Shown here piece after piece: positions 32,435 through 46,660 of a stretch of DNA of 64,000 bases. The translations under genes and the position numbers were made by a program. The notes beneath the pieces are model-generated. The model saw only the letters and a list, made by a program, of their open reading frames with translations. It had not been told where the DNA came from and did no database searches. Positions within the stretch are counted from its first letter, which is position 1, and the number at the start of each line of letters is the position of its first letter. This DNA comes from Macrostomum lignano (Eukaryota), in assembly GCA_002269645.1 (NCBI GenBank), contig NIVC01000757.1, positions 385,127-449,126 on the forward strand, in the 5' to 3' direction.

Positions 32435-35400
32435 TAAACATCGGTGCATCAAACAAACATCGGTACATCAAAAAAAAATTGGTACATAAATAAACATCGG
32501 TAGATCAATAAACATCGGTACATCATTAAACATCAGAGCACAAAATAAACATCGGAGCACAAAATAAACATCGGAGCACAAAATAAACATCGGTACACAA
32601 AATAAACGTCGGTACATAAAATAAACATCGGTACATAAAATAAACATCGGTACATAAAATAAACATCGGTACATCATTAAACATCGGTACATCATTAAAC
32701 ATCGGTACATCACTAAACATCGTTACATAAAATAAACATCGGTACATCAACTAAACATCGGAGCACAAAATAAACATCGGTACGTCATAAAAATCGGTAC
32801 ATAAAACAAACATCGGTACATCAATTAACATCGCTACATAAAATAAACATCGGTACATCAATGAACATCGGTACATAAAGTAAGCATCGGTACATAAAAT
32901 GAACATCGGTACATCAATTAACATCGCTACATAAAATAAACATCGGTACATAAATAAACATCGGTAGCTCAATAAACATCGGTACATCAATTAACATCGC
33001 TACATAAAGTAAGCATCGGTACATCAATGAAAATCGGTACATAAAATAAACATCGGTACATAAAATAAACATCGGTACATAAATAAACATCGGTACATAA
33101 AGTAAGCATCGGTACATCAATGAAAATCGGTACATAAAATAAACATCGGTACATAAAATAAACATCGGTACATAAATAAACATCGGTACATCAATAAACA
33201 TCGGTACATCAACTAAAAATCGGTACATAAAACAAACATCGGTACATCAATTAACATCGGTACATAAAGTAAGCATCGGTACATAAAATGAACATCGGTA
33301 CATCAATTAACATCGCTACATAAAATAAACATCGGTACATCAATGAACATCGCTACATAAAATAAACATCGGTACATCAATGAACATCGGTACATAAAGT
33401 AAGCATCGGTACATAAAATGAACATCGGTACATCAATTAACATCGCTACATAAAATAAACATCGGTACATCAATAAACATCGGTACATCAACTAAAAATC
33501 GGTACATAAAACAAACATCGGTACATCAATTAACATCGCTACATAAAATAAACATCGGTACATCAATGAACATCAGTACATAAAGTAAGCATCGGTACAT
33601 AAAATGAACATCGGTACATCAATTAACATCGCTACATAAAATAAAAATCGGTACATCAATGAACATCGGTACATAAAGTAAGCATCGGTACATAAAATGA
33701 ACATCGGTACATCAATTAACATCGCTACATAAAATAAACATCGGTACATCAATGAACATCGGCACATAAAGTAAGCATCGGTACATAAAATGAACATCGG
33801 TACATCAATTAACATCGCTACATAAAATAAACATCGGTACATAAAATAAGCATCGGTACATAAAAATAACATCGTTACACAAAATTAACATCAGTACATA
33901 AAATAAACATCGGTACATAAAATGAACATCGGTACATAAAATAAACATCGGTACATAAAATAAAGATCGGTACATAAAATAAACATCGGTACATAAAAGA
34001 AACATCAGTACATAAAATAAACATCGGTACATATAATAAAGATCGGTACATAAAATAAAGATCGGTACATAAAATAAAGATCGGTACATAAAATAAACGT
34101 CGGTACATAAAATAAACATCGGTACATAAAATAAACATCGGTACATAAAATAAACATCGGTACATAAATAAACATCGGTACATCATTAAACATCGGTACA
34201 TCACTAAACATCGTTACATAAAATAAACATCGGTACATCAACTAAACATCGGAGCACAAAATAAACATCGGTACGTCATAAAAATCGGTACATAAAACAA
34301 ACATCGGTACATCAATTAACATCGCTACATAAAATAAACATCGGTACATCAATGAACATCGGTACATAAAGTAAGCATCGGTACATAAAATGAACATCGG
34401 TACATCAATTAACATCGCTACATAAAATAAACATCGGTACATAAATAAACATCGGTAGCTCAATAAACATCGGTACATCAATTAACATCGCTACATAAAG
34501 TAAGCATCGGTACATCAATGAAAATCGGTACATAAAATAAACATCGGTACATAAAATAAACATCGGTACATAAATAAACATCGGTACATAAAGTAAGCAT
34601 CGGTACATCAATGAAAATCGGTACATAAAATAAACATCGGTACATAAAATAAACATCGGCACATAAATAAACATCGGTACATCAATAAACATCGGTACAT
34701 CAATAAACATCGGTACATCAACTAAAAATCAGTACATAAAACAAACATCGGTACATCAATTAACATCGGTACATAAAATAAACATCGGTACATCAATGAA
34801 CATCGGTACATAAAGTAAGCATCGGTACATAAAATGAACATCGGTACATCAATTAACATCGCTACATAAAATAAACATCGGTACATCAATGAACATCGGT
34901 ACATAAAGTAAGCATCGGTACATAAAATGAACATCGGTACATCAATTAACATCGCTACATAAAATAAACATCGGTACATCAATGAACATCGGTACATAAA
35001 GTAAGCATCGGTACATAAAATGAACATCGGTACATCAATTAACATCGCTACATAAAATAAACATCGGTACATCAATGAACATCGGTACATAAAGTAAGCA
35101 TCGGTACATAAAATGAACATCGGTACATCAATTAACATCGCTACATAAAATAAACATCGGTACATCAATAAACATCGGTACATCAACTAAAAATCGGTAC
35201 ATAAAACAAACATCGGTACATCAATTAACATCGCTACATAAAATAAACATCGGTACATCAATGAACATCGGTACATAAAGTAAGCATCGGTACATAAAAT
35301 GAACATCGGTACATCAATTAACATCGCTACATAAAATAAAAATCGGTACATCAATGAACATCGGTACATAAAGTAAGCATCGGTACATAAAATGAACATC

Positions 35401-35940
35401 GGTACATCAATTAACATCGCTACATAAAATAAACATCGGTACATCAATGAACATCGGCACATAAAGTAAGCATCGGTACATAAAATGAACATCGGTACAT
35501 CAATTAACATCGCTACATAAAATAAACATCGGTACATAAAATAAGCATCGGTACATAAAAATAACATCGTTACACAAAATTAACATCAGTACATAAAATA
35601 AACATCGGTACATAAAATGAACATCGGTACATAAAATAAACATCGGTACATAAAATAAAGATCGGTACATAAAATAAACATCGGTACATAAAAGAAACAT
35701 CAGTACATAAAAGAAACATCAGTACATAAAATAAACATCGGTACATAAAATAAACATCGGTACATAAAATAAATATCGGTACATAAAATAAAGATCGGTA
35801 CATAAAATAAGCATCGGTACACAAAATAAACATCGGTACATAAAATAAAGATCGGTACATAAAATAAAGATCGGTACATAAAATAAACATCGGTACATAC
35901 AGTAAAAATCGGTAAATCAAACAAACATCGGTACATCATA
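32435..35940. repeat. 3.5-kb AT-rich satellite, 18/19-bp monomer (AAACATCGGTACATAAAAT), with higher-order structure
   Basis: Read directly; 93-bp pentamer units and a block duplicated with a 1491-bp offset. Confidence 0.95.
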
Positions 35941-36083
35941 ATCATGCAACGGTGTACCTCTAAACACACAAAGCTGCGAATACATCAGCGAAATGGAGAG
36001 TTTTCTACTTTCTTTTCAATACTTGTAAACAAATAAGTATTGTCGCCTATCGAACAAATCCCAATTGAAGGTGCCGCATTTTC

Positions 36084-37421
36084 TCAAACTAGCGCGTGTC
36101 CATAGGCGAGGAACTCGCACAGGCTGAACGGCTCGGGCCGCCTACTTGCAATTCGAACTCGGCTACCGACGGCCTGAAAAATTGTTATTAAATTAGGCGG
36201 CTTGTGGCTACGGAAATGATTATGCCCTATGGAGTGGTTGCAAATCCGACTAAAGTCAGTGGGTTCGACTCTCAAACTACAGTGCGTACATGCCTGTGCG
36301 TCTGCGTACGTCAACGAAATAGGAATAACTACGTCTTGCCGAATCACTGGATTTGGGCCGACTGTAGTCCGAATTCATGACTCAGTCCATAGGTTCCCTG
36401 CCACTAAGTGTTTCTTAGACTCATTTTATCCTCCAAGATACCTGATCATTGATGATTTTTGATACGAGTTAAAACAAAAGTTTCTGTGAAACCAGCATGG
36501 ATTTCAGAATATCGGGATGCCACATACGCAACGATGAAACCGCGCTATAGCCTGGAAGGACAGTCTACTTTACGCTGAATATGCATGAACGTTTCGTCAT
36601 GCAGTGTAATTCCTCTCTCACCTGACAGTTCAATATCTGGTAGGCGAACGTAACGGTGTTGTCAACTCTGGCGCACTCCTCGCCGTCCACCAGTACGGTG
36701 AAATTGTTCAGCCGTTCGCCGCAGCAGTCCTGCCGGTTTTGAACTCGGATTAGCGTAATGCGCGACACCTGAGCCAGGGAGGCCTCCCACCAGTCCTTAT
36801 CGCCCGTTAAGTAAGCAGTCAGGGTGCAGGAGTTGCTGGCGAACTGCTGATTGAGATTGCCGTCGATGGCCCGGGAGCAGACTGCTCCGCTAGCTGTGGA
36901 GCTCTGCTCACACCCGGATATGGGCAGCTGGATTATTTCATCTGACACGGAATGGGAGTTCGTTAAAATAAAAATTAGCGAATTTGAGAGCAGAAAATTT
37001 TAATGATTTTTTACTGGGACTAAAATAGTCTAAAATTGATTCAAACACTCTGTTCGGGGACGAAGTGGCTGTGAAGCTATACGAGTACGCGCTTACCACC
37101 GAAGATGCTGGAGTAAATGTTCCCAGGTGTAAAAATATTTATCCAGTCTTTCCGTCGGAAGAATGATGACGCATTAAAAAGTGAACAAGTCGTTTTGTCA
37201 GTTTGGTAATAGAAGCCAAAGCACAGATCGGGTCTGGAGCGACATTGCATTGAGCATCGGAGCGGGTCGGTAGCAGATGGAATCGTATGGTAGGGCAGCG
37301 GCGCGACCAAACTGCTTGCGTTGGCGAGGCTGAAAGTGCGCCTGCTCTGACAATCGTTGGCTTGGTTCACTGCGGCGAAGGCTACCAGCAGGAGCAGACG
37401 ATACAAGAGGCAGCCTGGCAT
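36084..37421 (-). CDS. Secreted PAN/Apple + F-type lectin (fucolectin/FTP) protein, copy 1; 3 exons
   Basis: Signal peptide MPGCLLYRLLLLVAFAAVNQA; PAN pattern C...C...CFGFYY...CSLF; FTP motifs CSRAIDGN...CTLT...WWEASL...NRQDCCGERL; last exon ...FSLCEFLAYG* ends at 36084. Confidence 0.85.
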
Positions 37422-38089
37422 AGTGTTTTGAGGAGTTTTGAGCAATGTGCAGACACCCAAACTGGAAACTGATTTAGGGGCAGGATTTTCAGTCCTCTTC
37501 AATCCCCTACAGCCTCACTCCAAACAGTTTTGAGTAATAAGAAACAGCTATTTTAATTGGCTAGCTGAAAACTCATCGAGGGGTCGCCAGACTAGCAAAG
37601 CCTGGTTGGGATGGAATATTGACTAATTAATGAAGGTTGGGCAGCTGCTGTGTAGTCTACTGCGGTAACAATTGTTTTAATCATAAAAATACAGGAAGAA
37701 ATTGCAGTATTGCAGTTATTTTTATTAAGGGTTTGGTGACGCGCTTTTTAGCTATTTAAATGTTATTTGTGTACATGTGTGACGTCTCTTACTGACGAGT
37801 AGTGAGAAATGAATCTTGCTTGAAACGCTGGGAAACTAGTAACCGAGCTGAAACCTCAGACTCGGAGCAGCCTCCAAAGATCTTAAGCTTGCTGGAGCAG
37901 CTAAGCGAGGCTACATCTCTGAGGGAGACGTAAACCAATTTGTAAGCTTTTGTCGAAGTCTTTGTTATTTGATTATTGAGAGCTGTGTTATTGCCGGCCG
38001 TTATAGTTCAATTGATTTTAATTAAGTTATTGAACTTGAGGCCTCCCTATTCCTAATAAGGGATTGGATAGGATCTTACGCCCAACAAA

Positions 38090-38565
38090 CTGGCAGACAA
38101 TCCAGCGTCTTTCAGAACGAAGTCCTTGCCATCAGCTCCGGTGCAGCTGAGCTCCACTGCAGGGACTTCAAAGACAGAAGAATTTTCTTCGACTCTGACA
38201 GCCAGGCCGCCTTGCAGGCCCTGTGTCACACCACTGCGAACTCCCGAACAGTTCACAACTGTATTGGGCAGCTCAACAAGCTGGCTCGGAGGAACACCGT
38301 CCGGCTCACGTGGATCCCAGGGCACGCCGGTTTCAAAGGTAACGAGCTCGCTGACTCCCTCGCTAAGACAGGTAGCTCCAGCTCGATCCTTGGCCCCGTG
38401 CCTCTGGCCCCCATCCCCGCCACGGTCATTAATCGTCAGATTAACGACTGGGCGGACATCCTGCATCTGCGCAGATGGGATGGCATTTCCAACTGCTGCC
38501 AATCCCGTGCGGCAGTGCCCAACCCGTCCCTCAAGCTGCGGAGAATCCTTTTGAACCAAGGCTAA
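38090..38565 (+). mobile_element. Non-LTR retrotransposon RNase H fragment
   Basis: VFQNEVLAI...DSDSQAALQAL...LTWIPGHAGFKGNELADSLAK are RNase H motifs of the LINE type; truncated on both sides. Confidence 0.85.
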
Positions 38566-38879
38566 GCAGCTAAGTCAAGTAAGTCAAGTGCACTACGGCT
38601 GTTTTGCAATTGTTTACATGCAATCACAGAACTTAAGTAAGTTCTGTGCATGCAATTAACTAAATTGGTGCATGTAAATGCACTATATGTTAGCGTTTAG
38701 AAGGTCAGAAGGGTTCAAAACAGCAACACAAAGAGTGAATTTAGAGAGAATATAAAGAATTATATTGAAACTGCAACAAAAATACTCTCCAAAAATCACT
38801 GTCGGAATTAAAAGTACAGCTACAGGTGTTTAGAACACAGATGCACAACACTTTATGTGCAATCGCAGTACAATTGTTT

Positions 38880-38930
<51 letters not shown>

Positions 38931-39020
38931 CATAATAATCATAATCATAATCATAATAACAGTATTAATAATATTAGTAATAATATTAATAGTAGTAATA
39001 ATAATATTAATAATAATAAT
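38880..39020. repeat. (AAT)n microsatellite
   Basis: Read directly. Confidence 0.95.
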
Positions 39021-39402
39021 TGATTACAGCTGACCCTTTGGGGACGTACGTCTGTTCAGTCCATGGACTGGGGGGTCGCCACACACATCCTCAATTACCG
39101 CAGCTAATGCTGAAATCCATTTTACAGCTGGTTGAACTGAAGCAATGCAGAGTTAAGTGTCTTGCTCGAAGACACAGATTTTTCCTTTGGGATCGGGAAT
39201 CGAACCCGCGAACTTCAAGTCATAAGTGTGATGCTCTAACCTCGGTGCAATCGTTTTATAATGAATAAATATACTCGTTTAAGTTTATTTTTAGTTGAGT
39301 ATTCTTAAAGAGAATCTTAATCAATTCATATTGTTTTTAATGTAATATTTTTAAGAGAAGTACTTCAGTAGCTTTAGCTGTTTTAGTTGTAAACTGCCTT
39401 CC

Positions 39403-40676
39403 CTAGTCGCCAAGCAGGATATTGTAGACCTGGAATTCGCAAATGGTTAGCGGTGTGGACGCAAGCAGATTGGTAATCTTCAGCCTCTGTCCAAAACCCT
39501 GGCACATGAAGCTTCCAACAGAGAATGGTACCGAGAAAGTTAACGTGTTGCATTCGACATCGTCCAGTAGCAGAGTGAAGCTGTTGAGTCTATTGCTGCA
39601 GCAATCCAGCCTATTGTAGATTGTCACGAACGAAATGACCGATGCGCTTGGTAGCACGGCTTCCCACCAGGAGTTGGTGGCCAGTTCAGTGTGGGTGCAG
39701 CTGTCAGCCTGAAAATGTTGATCTCTGTCTCCATCGATTGCTCTCTCGCATGTTTTGCCCGAGTAAACGCTGCTTTGTTTGCACGACAAGATTGGCAGCT
39801 GGATAGCATCTAAAATGTTTAGTAAGTTAGTAACGCAGCCAGATTGGTACTCTTGGTTTTTTAGTTGCAAGTGAAAAATCTTGATATTTCAACGTTCATC
39901 TTGTCCTGGTTAGCCCCTTAGTAGGCAACTAAAATTTCTGAAAACAAATAAAGGCAGTTTTCTCCACTAAATAAAAAAGCTAGACCGGAAATCTTAAGTT
40001 TCAAGAAAAATTTGCTTTCTTGAGCATTGTTAAGCAATTTGACGATCATTATTCACATTTTTAATGCAGAACAATCCACTACTACAAACAATGCATTGTC
40101 TGTAGGATCGTCAAACAGAAAAACAATGCAAAGAATCAGCGGTCCCAGTGCGTGACAACGATTGTCTGGCGAGCGCCGGTAGGCAATAGATATCGCCGCT
40201 ATGGCAATAGAAGGTGAAGTTCACTTCCTGTTTAATTGTAGTTGGAACTTCGGAAATGCCTTTTGAAGCGGCTATCGGTTTCTAACAAAATATGCAATAT
40301 TAGTCCTTTTACTTTAGCCTTCCATGGTTAGCTACAATATAATATTCACAATTCTCAATCCCTTACCAAAAGTACGAGTGCGGACGCTACACTGGCCACA
40401 GCTCAGCCAAGATTGTTTCATGACGAAGGCCGGCATGTCAAACAGTCGGCAGAGTCGCAGTTTGAGGTAGAAACCAAAGCAAGCCGCTTTACTTCGGCAA
40501 TGCAAAGAGCACTGCAAGTCGTCTGGGGCAGGCAAAGCCAAAAACTCAACGGGAGCTTTGCTTGAACCCTCGATTGCGGTTGTAAACTTAAAACTACCTG
40601 GGCAGGTGGCAGAAGCAGATGTAAAAGCTATAATAGCAACGGACCAGAGAAGAGCGCACGAGTAAACATGCCGCAT
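39403..40676 (-). CDS. Secreted PAN/Apple + F-type lectin protein, copy 2
   Basis: Signal peptide plus PAN exon (40676-~40365: CSLHCRSKAACFGFY...CRLF) and FTP exon (CERAIDGD...DSCTHTE...WWEAVL...NRLDCCSNRL...LTICEFQVY*), including the canonical H and R..R fucose-binding residues. Confidence 0.85.
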
Positions 40677-41456
40677 GTCTCAGCTAACGGTAGATTCAAA
40701 ATGGTGTGTAAAAATACGAAAAAGCAGAGCATATTTCCGTCAATTGTGTATATTTTTATACGTGACTTGCTGGCGTTGGGCTGAAAATCTACCTAATTAG
40801 CTGGGAAAACTCATAGAGCAGATTCAGCCAATGGTATTAAGCAGGTCACCCACAACACACAGGGTTAATACAAAGGACTACTTAAGTAGGATGAGAAATA
40901 GGAAGCAGGTTTTACCGAAAAATACATCACGGAGAATGGAGGTTTTCGTTTCTCAGGGCAAAAATGGTTATTGCTTTTGATAGGAGGCAAACTCGACCCG
41001 ATCTTTTGATATGTCATGCCATTCTTATAGCTCTATTGTTATTGATAGAGATTTTTGTGTCAAAATTAGGATTCTATTATAGGATTCTAATTCTATTTCA
41101 CAATCTCGAATGGACAATCTGTGCAAAGATTGTTCAATGCGAATATCAATCGGGCTATAAGAAAATCAAAACATATAAAAGATAAACGTTGGGCCTCGTA
41201 TTTTCCTGTCCTTCTGCTTGAGTTTGCACTTTAATAGACGGAACATTATAATGCAAAATAAAGACACATGATAATATTTCTTCAGCTTTAGCTAAAATAA
41301 TCATAAGTTTCTGTTATTGTTGCAAGAAATGGTTGATGAAATCTGTTACAAATTTGTTTGAATTCATTAAAAACGACTACATCAGTGAGCTAATTTCATC
41401 TTTGGAAACTCGAATCCTGTGAATTCGCAGATTCGTAGCCCTAACATGTGAAGTTT

Positions 41457-41745
41457 TCAATCGAAAATGGTGAGCTGAGGATCACTCGGTTGCACTCGAA
41501 ACCGTCTAGCTGAAGTAAGAACTGCATGGTTGAGCCCTTCAACGCAGTAGATCTGTCTGTTGTACATGTACTCGTAGATGGTGACGATCGAGACGAGAGC
41601 TGCTTTGGGCAGCTCAGCTTCCCGCCACTCGTTCACAACATAGCCAGTGTGGGAGCAGGGCTCGCTTAAAAAGTTACGGTTGGTGTCTCCATCGAGGGCT
41701 TTTTGGCACACTCGGTTAGCAACGGTTGAACTCTGTACATTTCAA
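41457..41745 (-). pseudogene. Degenerate F-type lectin domain (third copy)
   Basis: CQKALDGD...CSHT...EWREAEL...YNRQIYCVEGLN; the motif is eroded and the frame breaks. Confidence 0.6.
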
Positions 41746-44700
41746 TACGTGCAGACTCGAAACCGCTGGAATTCCACATAAAATCGAGTAATTTTATATG
41801 TCTATAACTAAATAAACAGGCGTATCTCCGACCCACTAAAAGGTAGCCAGGAATGCATGGAGAAGTGCTTTTTTGAAGCCATGAAGCGTAACAACTGCCT
41901 TGTGAGTTAGAAATACTTTTTTCTAAAAAGCCTCTAAAGCCTCAAGGCTGAAGTCTCGAAAAGGCTTTTTGAAAGAGTATAAAAAAGTAAAGACACTTCT
42001 CAAAATGAATTGCCGATCAGCGCATTGTTTTCATTGTGTCGCTTTTTTTGCGAGGCTGGTTCTGAGCGAAATAATCGTTTTACTAAACGCTTGCCTGAAC
42101 TTGCTTTTCAAGAGCTGACACTTCGATTCAGTAGCAAAATTTGACTGCTTTGCGAAAGCTCCATGCTATTTTTTCATTCAGCTTTTGTCAACGGAAGCAA
42201 TTAACAATAGCTCCCTTTTGTCGCTCGTATTTTGCATTCACGAGTATGCGCTTTGAGCTTCTTTGAGTTGTCGACTACGTAGAATTAGACACAAAACAGC
42301 GACAGTGAAGTAAAATGTACGAGAGCCAAATATGGCTAATGTTTTAATTTTCGGGAAACAAGGCCATCTTTTGGTAAGTATGAAATTCGCTTTTCAAATA
42401 GCGTGCAGGAATGTAGGACTGACATTTACGCATAATAAAACTGGATGATATATGCGTTATAAAATTCGACAGATTTTAGTCATTGATATATGCTGAGTAA
42501 TGCTTTGTTCTCTGTTAGGGCCATGGAAAAAAGTCCTTCATTCTTTCCTCCATGGTTAGGGCTTGAAGAAGTGGGGACTAAAATAAAATACAAAATTTGA
42601 AGCCAAAAGCTACGTAAATTCCTCATGTCGACCTTGGAAAGTTGTTAGGAGAAGTTATTTCTAGGGCCTCGTCGTCAGAAAATTGATTCTGCGTTTCAAC
42701 AGCAATTCAAGTAGCTAGTCATGGAATAAACGTCAATTAAAGGTCGGTTAGAGAGTTTGATAGAATCGTTTGGAGACAATCATAACATGTGGAACGGAGC
42801 TCTTTTGAAATTCGATGGTGCACAAGTGGACAAATTTTTCAAAGTGGGTCGAGAATCGAACCTCGACCTTTCAGTAGAGAGTCCGACGCTCTAACCACTA
42901 GGCTACAACCCTTAAGGAAAATAAAATCCTTATACCTGAAATTCGCAAGTTATAACCGGTTCTACCTGCAGATTGACTAATCTCACTCTTGCCGTAGCCG
43001 GGACAACTGATAATTTCCCCTAACGATTTTTCCTGCATAGCATTTTTTCCCTAACTCTTAGTAAATCGTAATAAAGAGATTCAGGGGGACATTGCAGCAT
43101 AGCATATAGCTCACCGATTTTCCCTAGATACATATAGAAATTAAAACTCAATTCGAGCCGCTGCTTTCACGGTGGTTGCCTTCTGCGCATCGCTCTTCCC
43201 GCCAATGATGCTCCTAAGTTTGATTTGTGTTAAATTTACTATTATAAGCTTAATAACTCGCCTCCGGAATAACTAATTCAGATCAAAGTTTCGCGGAAAA
43301 GACTTTCTCCGTAGAACTGTTGTTGTTTACTGTTAAGTTATTTGCAGAAAATTAAAAGAAGATGTTGTGACAGTGCAACGTGATTTAGTTGCATGATGAC
43401 TCATTGAATAGTTTGCTTTGACATCTATTGAGAAGTTATTGCACAATCAGTGTTCAGTTTAACGTGCCAATGTTAGCTAACGATTGAAAAATGTACATCG
43501 TGCATGCTTTGACTATAAATATATTGAGCGAGACCCAAGTGTATCCAACTAACTGAATTAAATCAATTAACTAAAAACACAATAGAAGAACCTTTTACGA
43601 GTATCTCATCTCGCCCGAAACAAAAAATATTCATTAAGCTATAAATAAAATGTCGATTCTTTTAGTTTTTTACTATCTTAATTTACTAGTTTAATAAATA
43701 AATTACACAAATCGCGAATATAGAGTCCCATTGTCGTAAAATTGTCGGACGCAATCTGTTTAAAGTCGTTTTCAACTTCAACTATAGTATTAAGTTCTTT
43801 CTATATATGCTCTGGGAATTTTATCGGCTCTTCAAACATTTGTTGTTGAAAAACAACTATAAATTGATGTACTTCAGAACTGTATTATTCAAAAGCTACA
43901 GGTAGAGTCTTGAAGCAGAATTTTATTCCTAGCATAACTTGCTGGCGCGTAGTTTTTCAGTAAAGCGGCCCACTTGACCACTCAGCTGGAATTGCTTTTA
44001 GCTACAATTTTGCTTTCAGCAATGTCTCTGCAAGTAGATACTTGTAGATACATTTCTCCCTAATGCATGTTCCCGAAAATCTAAATTGGTAGCAGAGTTT
44101 ATCTAGTCGCCTAAGAGTAAAGGATTGGAGCAGGTTTCTGGGAGCTCCTGGTCTAAAATTAATGGATTGATCATCAATTGATGGATCTCATACTCTCAGA
44201 CCAGCAATATGATTACACTCAACGATATCGTTCTAGTCCTCCAGAGCAAGTTAAATACGAGCGTATCTATAACAGTCCAACATTTTATATCATTCATTTT
44301 TGCTAAAGCTTCAGACTGAACAACTATACCTTGATGGTAGCTTGAAATATATGCTTTTTGTTTTCAGCATTTTTTCATAAAAAGGTCGCACCAATTGTCA
44401 GGCTTGATATTTCTACGAAAGTAGTCTAGCTGTTTAAAAAAATTACCAGCAGTTATACGGTAACTGTGCATTCAAGTTGTCTGAGTAGTTAGGTCATTCT
44501 GCAATACCTCGTAGCACTCACTTTATAGTCGTTTTAGTTCAAATGTTGCTTACTATATGCTGCATATTCTAGTATTCTACTATAATACAATATGACCTTC
44601 TAAAATTCCAAATTTTCGAAAAGTGCTTGTGCAACAAAAGTCTGAGCAACTGGGTTAGTTAGGTGTTAGAATTTTTGTTTGCAAGAATTATTGTGGATAA

Positions 44701-45064
44701 GAGACTGAAATCTGGTAAAAATGATTTGTAGACACTTGGAGAATGTTCACGGAAACCAACTAGTGAAAGCTGGGGAACGCTGGTTTCAGGTGTTGGAGTT
44801 CAGTTTTATTATTTTCACTGGATTGAGGAGTTTTGGAACAATATAAAAACCCGCTAAAGTTAGCATAGAGTTAAGCCAAGTGAGCAGGTTATGTTTTAGG
44901 AAAGAGGATTTGAAACGGGTAAGACGACTTGAATAAAAACTTGCAAAAATACAAGCTCTTTTGCGTCAGTTCCAAAATCCCACGTGCGGACGAAATTTAT
45001 CAGATAGTGACATTGAGAAGTGATTTACGAAATTGGCAGGGTACATACATGCATGAAAAAGAAA

Positions 45065-45477
45065 TATTGGTTTTTGCGAGCTATCTCAGCCAAGGAGCAA
45101 GCAAAATCATCCATCCCATAGATTTCAATACGACGAAGGAGGTGGTTTGAACCATAGACTATCACGTTTTTTCAACCAAACTCATCCAACGGGCGAGCAA
45201 TCTCAGCCATAGCTTGTCTGCCCATTCATTTCCTCTTCCCTTCTTTCTTTCCTCCTCCTCCGATGGCTCAGTTGAGACAAACATCCTCTTATATACGAAC
45301 CAATTAGATTTTTCGCTTAATAAACAAGCTATGGCTGAGATTGCTCGCCCGTTGGATGAGTTTGGTTGAAAAAACGTGATAGTCTATGGTTCAAACCACC
45401 TCCTTCGTCGTATTGAAATCTATGGGATGGATGAGTTTGCTTGCTCCTTGGCTGAGATAGCTCGCAAAAACCAATAC
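45065..45477. mobile_element. Foldback/MITE: ~153-bp near-perfect inverted arms around a ~106-bp spacer
   Basis: 45065-45217 is the reverse complement of 45324-45477 with about one difference by eye. Confidence 0.8.
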
Positions 45478-46517
45478 TTCCTAATATTTGCCAATCCATG
45501 TTTGCTTGTACGGTTTCATTTTTCTCATCCCACCAGATAGGAGTCCGGAAGTCGGGAATGATGATAACTTGTCTCTGGTGATAAAGTTGCGTTAATGAAT
45601 GTATGTTTTGAGCTGGTTTATGCTATTGGCTTTGCGATGCCTTACATGTACGTATATGTACTCGAAGCTTTATTTTATACATTAATGATGGTGCTATTTA
45701 AGGTTCATTGATGTTATTCAAGGTTCATTGATGTTATTCAAGGTTCATTAATGTTATTCAAGGTTCATTGGTTGATCGTTGGGCCATAGAAAGCAGGCCA
45801 CTAACAGCTGCCAAAACTCTGACTCCATCTAGAGAAAAACACCCAGAACTTCTCACTCACTGCAGATCGACAGCATCGAGTGCAATCGCGTGAACCTAGC
45901 TGACAGCTCCATTCTCTACTTCAAATTTCAACTTTACCTGCTACAAATACGGCAGCCGAGTGAGAGCTGCCATGTTGAAGTGGAAGGTATCTCACTTTTT
46001 GCAAGCTCATAGCCCACGAGTTGCAATTATTAAAAGAATAACCACAACAACAACTAATTCTGCAGCAAATATATTGAATAAAAATCGTTGCATCAAACAA
46101 ACAGGTCTATGCAACCAGGCCCTGTAGTTTTACCTCAAGATGCTGCTTAAACATTCGATAGAGAGCTCATTACGAGTACCTGGAAACACTGGATACTGCA
46201 TATATTTTTATCTAATTATCAGTTCAAAACACTTATTGGGTTTGGTCACTCTCTAGAATAGATATATTATAAACCTGTCGGATCAGTCCGTCAATTAGAA
46301 GGCTGAAGAACTCCATCCAGGTCCCTTCGTTGCGCAAAAGGAATAGAATTCACTTGAATTCTGTCAGTTTTGTCAACTTGAGGCTCTAGACTAGGGTGGA
46401 CCTCATCATTCAAAGTTGACTGGCCCGGCCAGTTACCGATCGCAGTGGGTTTGATTTGAAGCTGTACTTCGGGCTTCATTTCGGTGCTTCAGTTGAAATC
46501 CCTTGGCGTTTTGACCA

Positions 46518-46660
46518 AGAGAATCATTATATATTAACTAAGAATCATTATATATTAACTGAGAATCATTATATATTCTCTGAGAATCATTATATATTCT
46601 CTGAGAATCATTATATATTCTCTGAGAATCATGATATATTCTCTGAGAATCATTATAGAT
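46518..46660. repeat. 21-bp palindromic minisatellite (GAGAATCATTATATATTCTCT), ~6 copies
   Basis: Read directly. Confidence 0.85.

Noticed and set aside
37790-37835. Hammerhead-like CTGACGAG...GAAAC motif
   Set aside because: Stem II needs a bulge and lacks the G-C closing pair, and only 5 nt separate GTC from CTGA, so stem I cannot form.
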